This document shows positions 54,019-54,452 of a stretch of 54,452 nucleotides of DNA, in pieces (position 1 is the first letter of the stretch; every line of letters starts with the position of its first letter). The stretch covers positions 1-54,452 of the forward strand of contig JAQGDQ010001217.1 of the NCBI GenBank assembly GCA_030141605.1, read 5' to 3'. Position numbers and translations under genes: made by a program. A model generated the notes under the pieces. That model did not search any database. It worked only from the letters and a program-made list of their open reading frames with translations, and was not told where the DNA came from. This stretch comes from Tubiluchus corallicola. Taxonomy: Eukaryota; Animalia; Priapulida.

Positions 54019-54452
54019 TATCACCTTCTAAAATTCAAATGCCTAATGTTTCTGTTAATCTAGATCGTATAGTGTAAGGTGACTTAAATCTATGTATCGT
54101 ATAGATTGAATTTTAATATGTTCGCTTAACTCCTAAATGCTATAAGGTGAATCCTTCACCTGACTCCGAGAGCTTTGGATATCAGTCTAGTAAGCAATGA
54201 TCGTCTTATCTAAACTTCACCTTGACCTTCGCGTTGTGAGAAAAGGTCTATATCTCTCAAGTTTCCTAGCTATGTCCCCGCAATATGGACGATAGTTAAT
54301 TCAAAGCGAACTAATCAAATTCGTATATCGGAAATAGTGTTGCTTGAGTTAAACACTGATAATATACATTAACTCAATTGTTAAATGTCCAAGAGAATTG
54401 TTTTATTGATTTACAATAATTACTGCTTAAGTATATCTTACAAGATTTAGTC
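54019..54452 (-). repeat. 5' LTR (partial)
   Basis: Direct repeat of 43324-43757, adjacent to the PBS. Confidence 0.95.

Larger units (their letters stand above)
43324..54452 (-). mobile_element. Ty3/Gypsy LTR retrotransposon (5' LTR truncated by the window end)
   Basis: Near-identical LTRs, PBS, PPT, and Gag-PR-RT-RNaseH-IN order on the minus strand. Confidence 0.97.

Overview
AT-rich, repeat-dense genomic DNA from an animal, probably an invertebrate; it is intron-rich and not prokaryotic. It has three main parts. (1) The 3' part of a + strand gene for an apparently secreted protein with six EGF repeats and two atypical four-cysteine LDLa modules (1709-11191). (2) A complete 16-exon + strand DCST1/sneaky-like DC-STAMP/RING sperm-fusion gene of about 713 aa (13548-40975). 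(3) A young but damaged Ty3/Gypsy LTR retrotransposon on the - strand (43324 to the window end), with a tRNA-His PBS, a duplicated PPT and a hairpin-rich 830-bp insert splitting pol. Introns are full of minisatellites, microsatellites, MITEs, SINEs and LINE fragments. The most striking unexplained feature is a tandem array of ten 92-bp units (14001-14910), each carrying a minimal type I hammerhead ribozyme motif with a palindromic AGCT stem III. It lies on the sense strand of the predicted first intron of DCST1. Several minisatellites are also seeded exactly on DCST1 splice sites or its stop codon, and one intronic 66-bp array repeats RFX X-box-like motifs. All calls were made by eye, with no searches or folding programs run.
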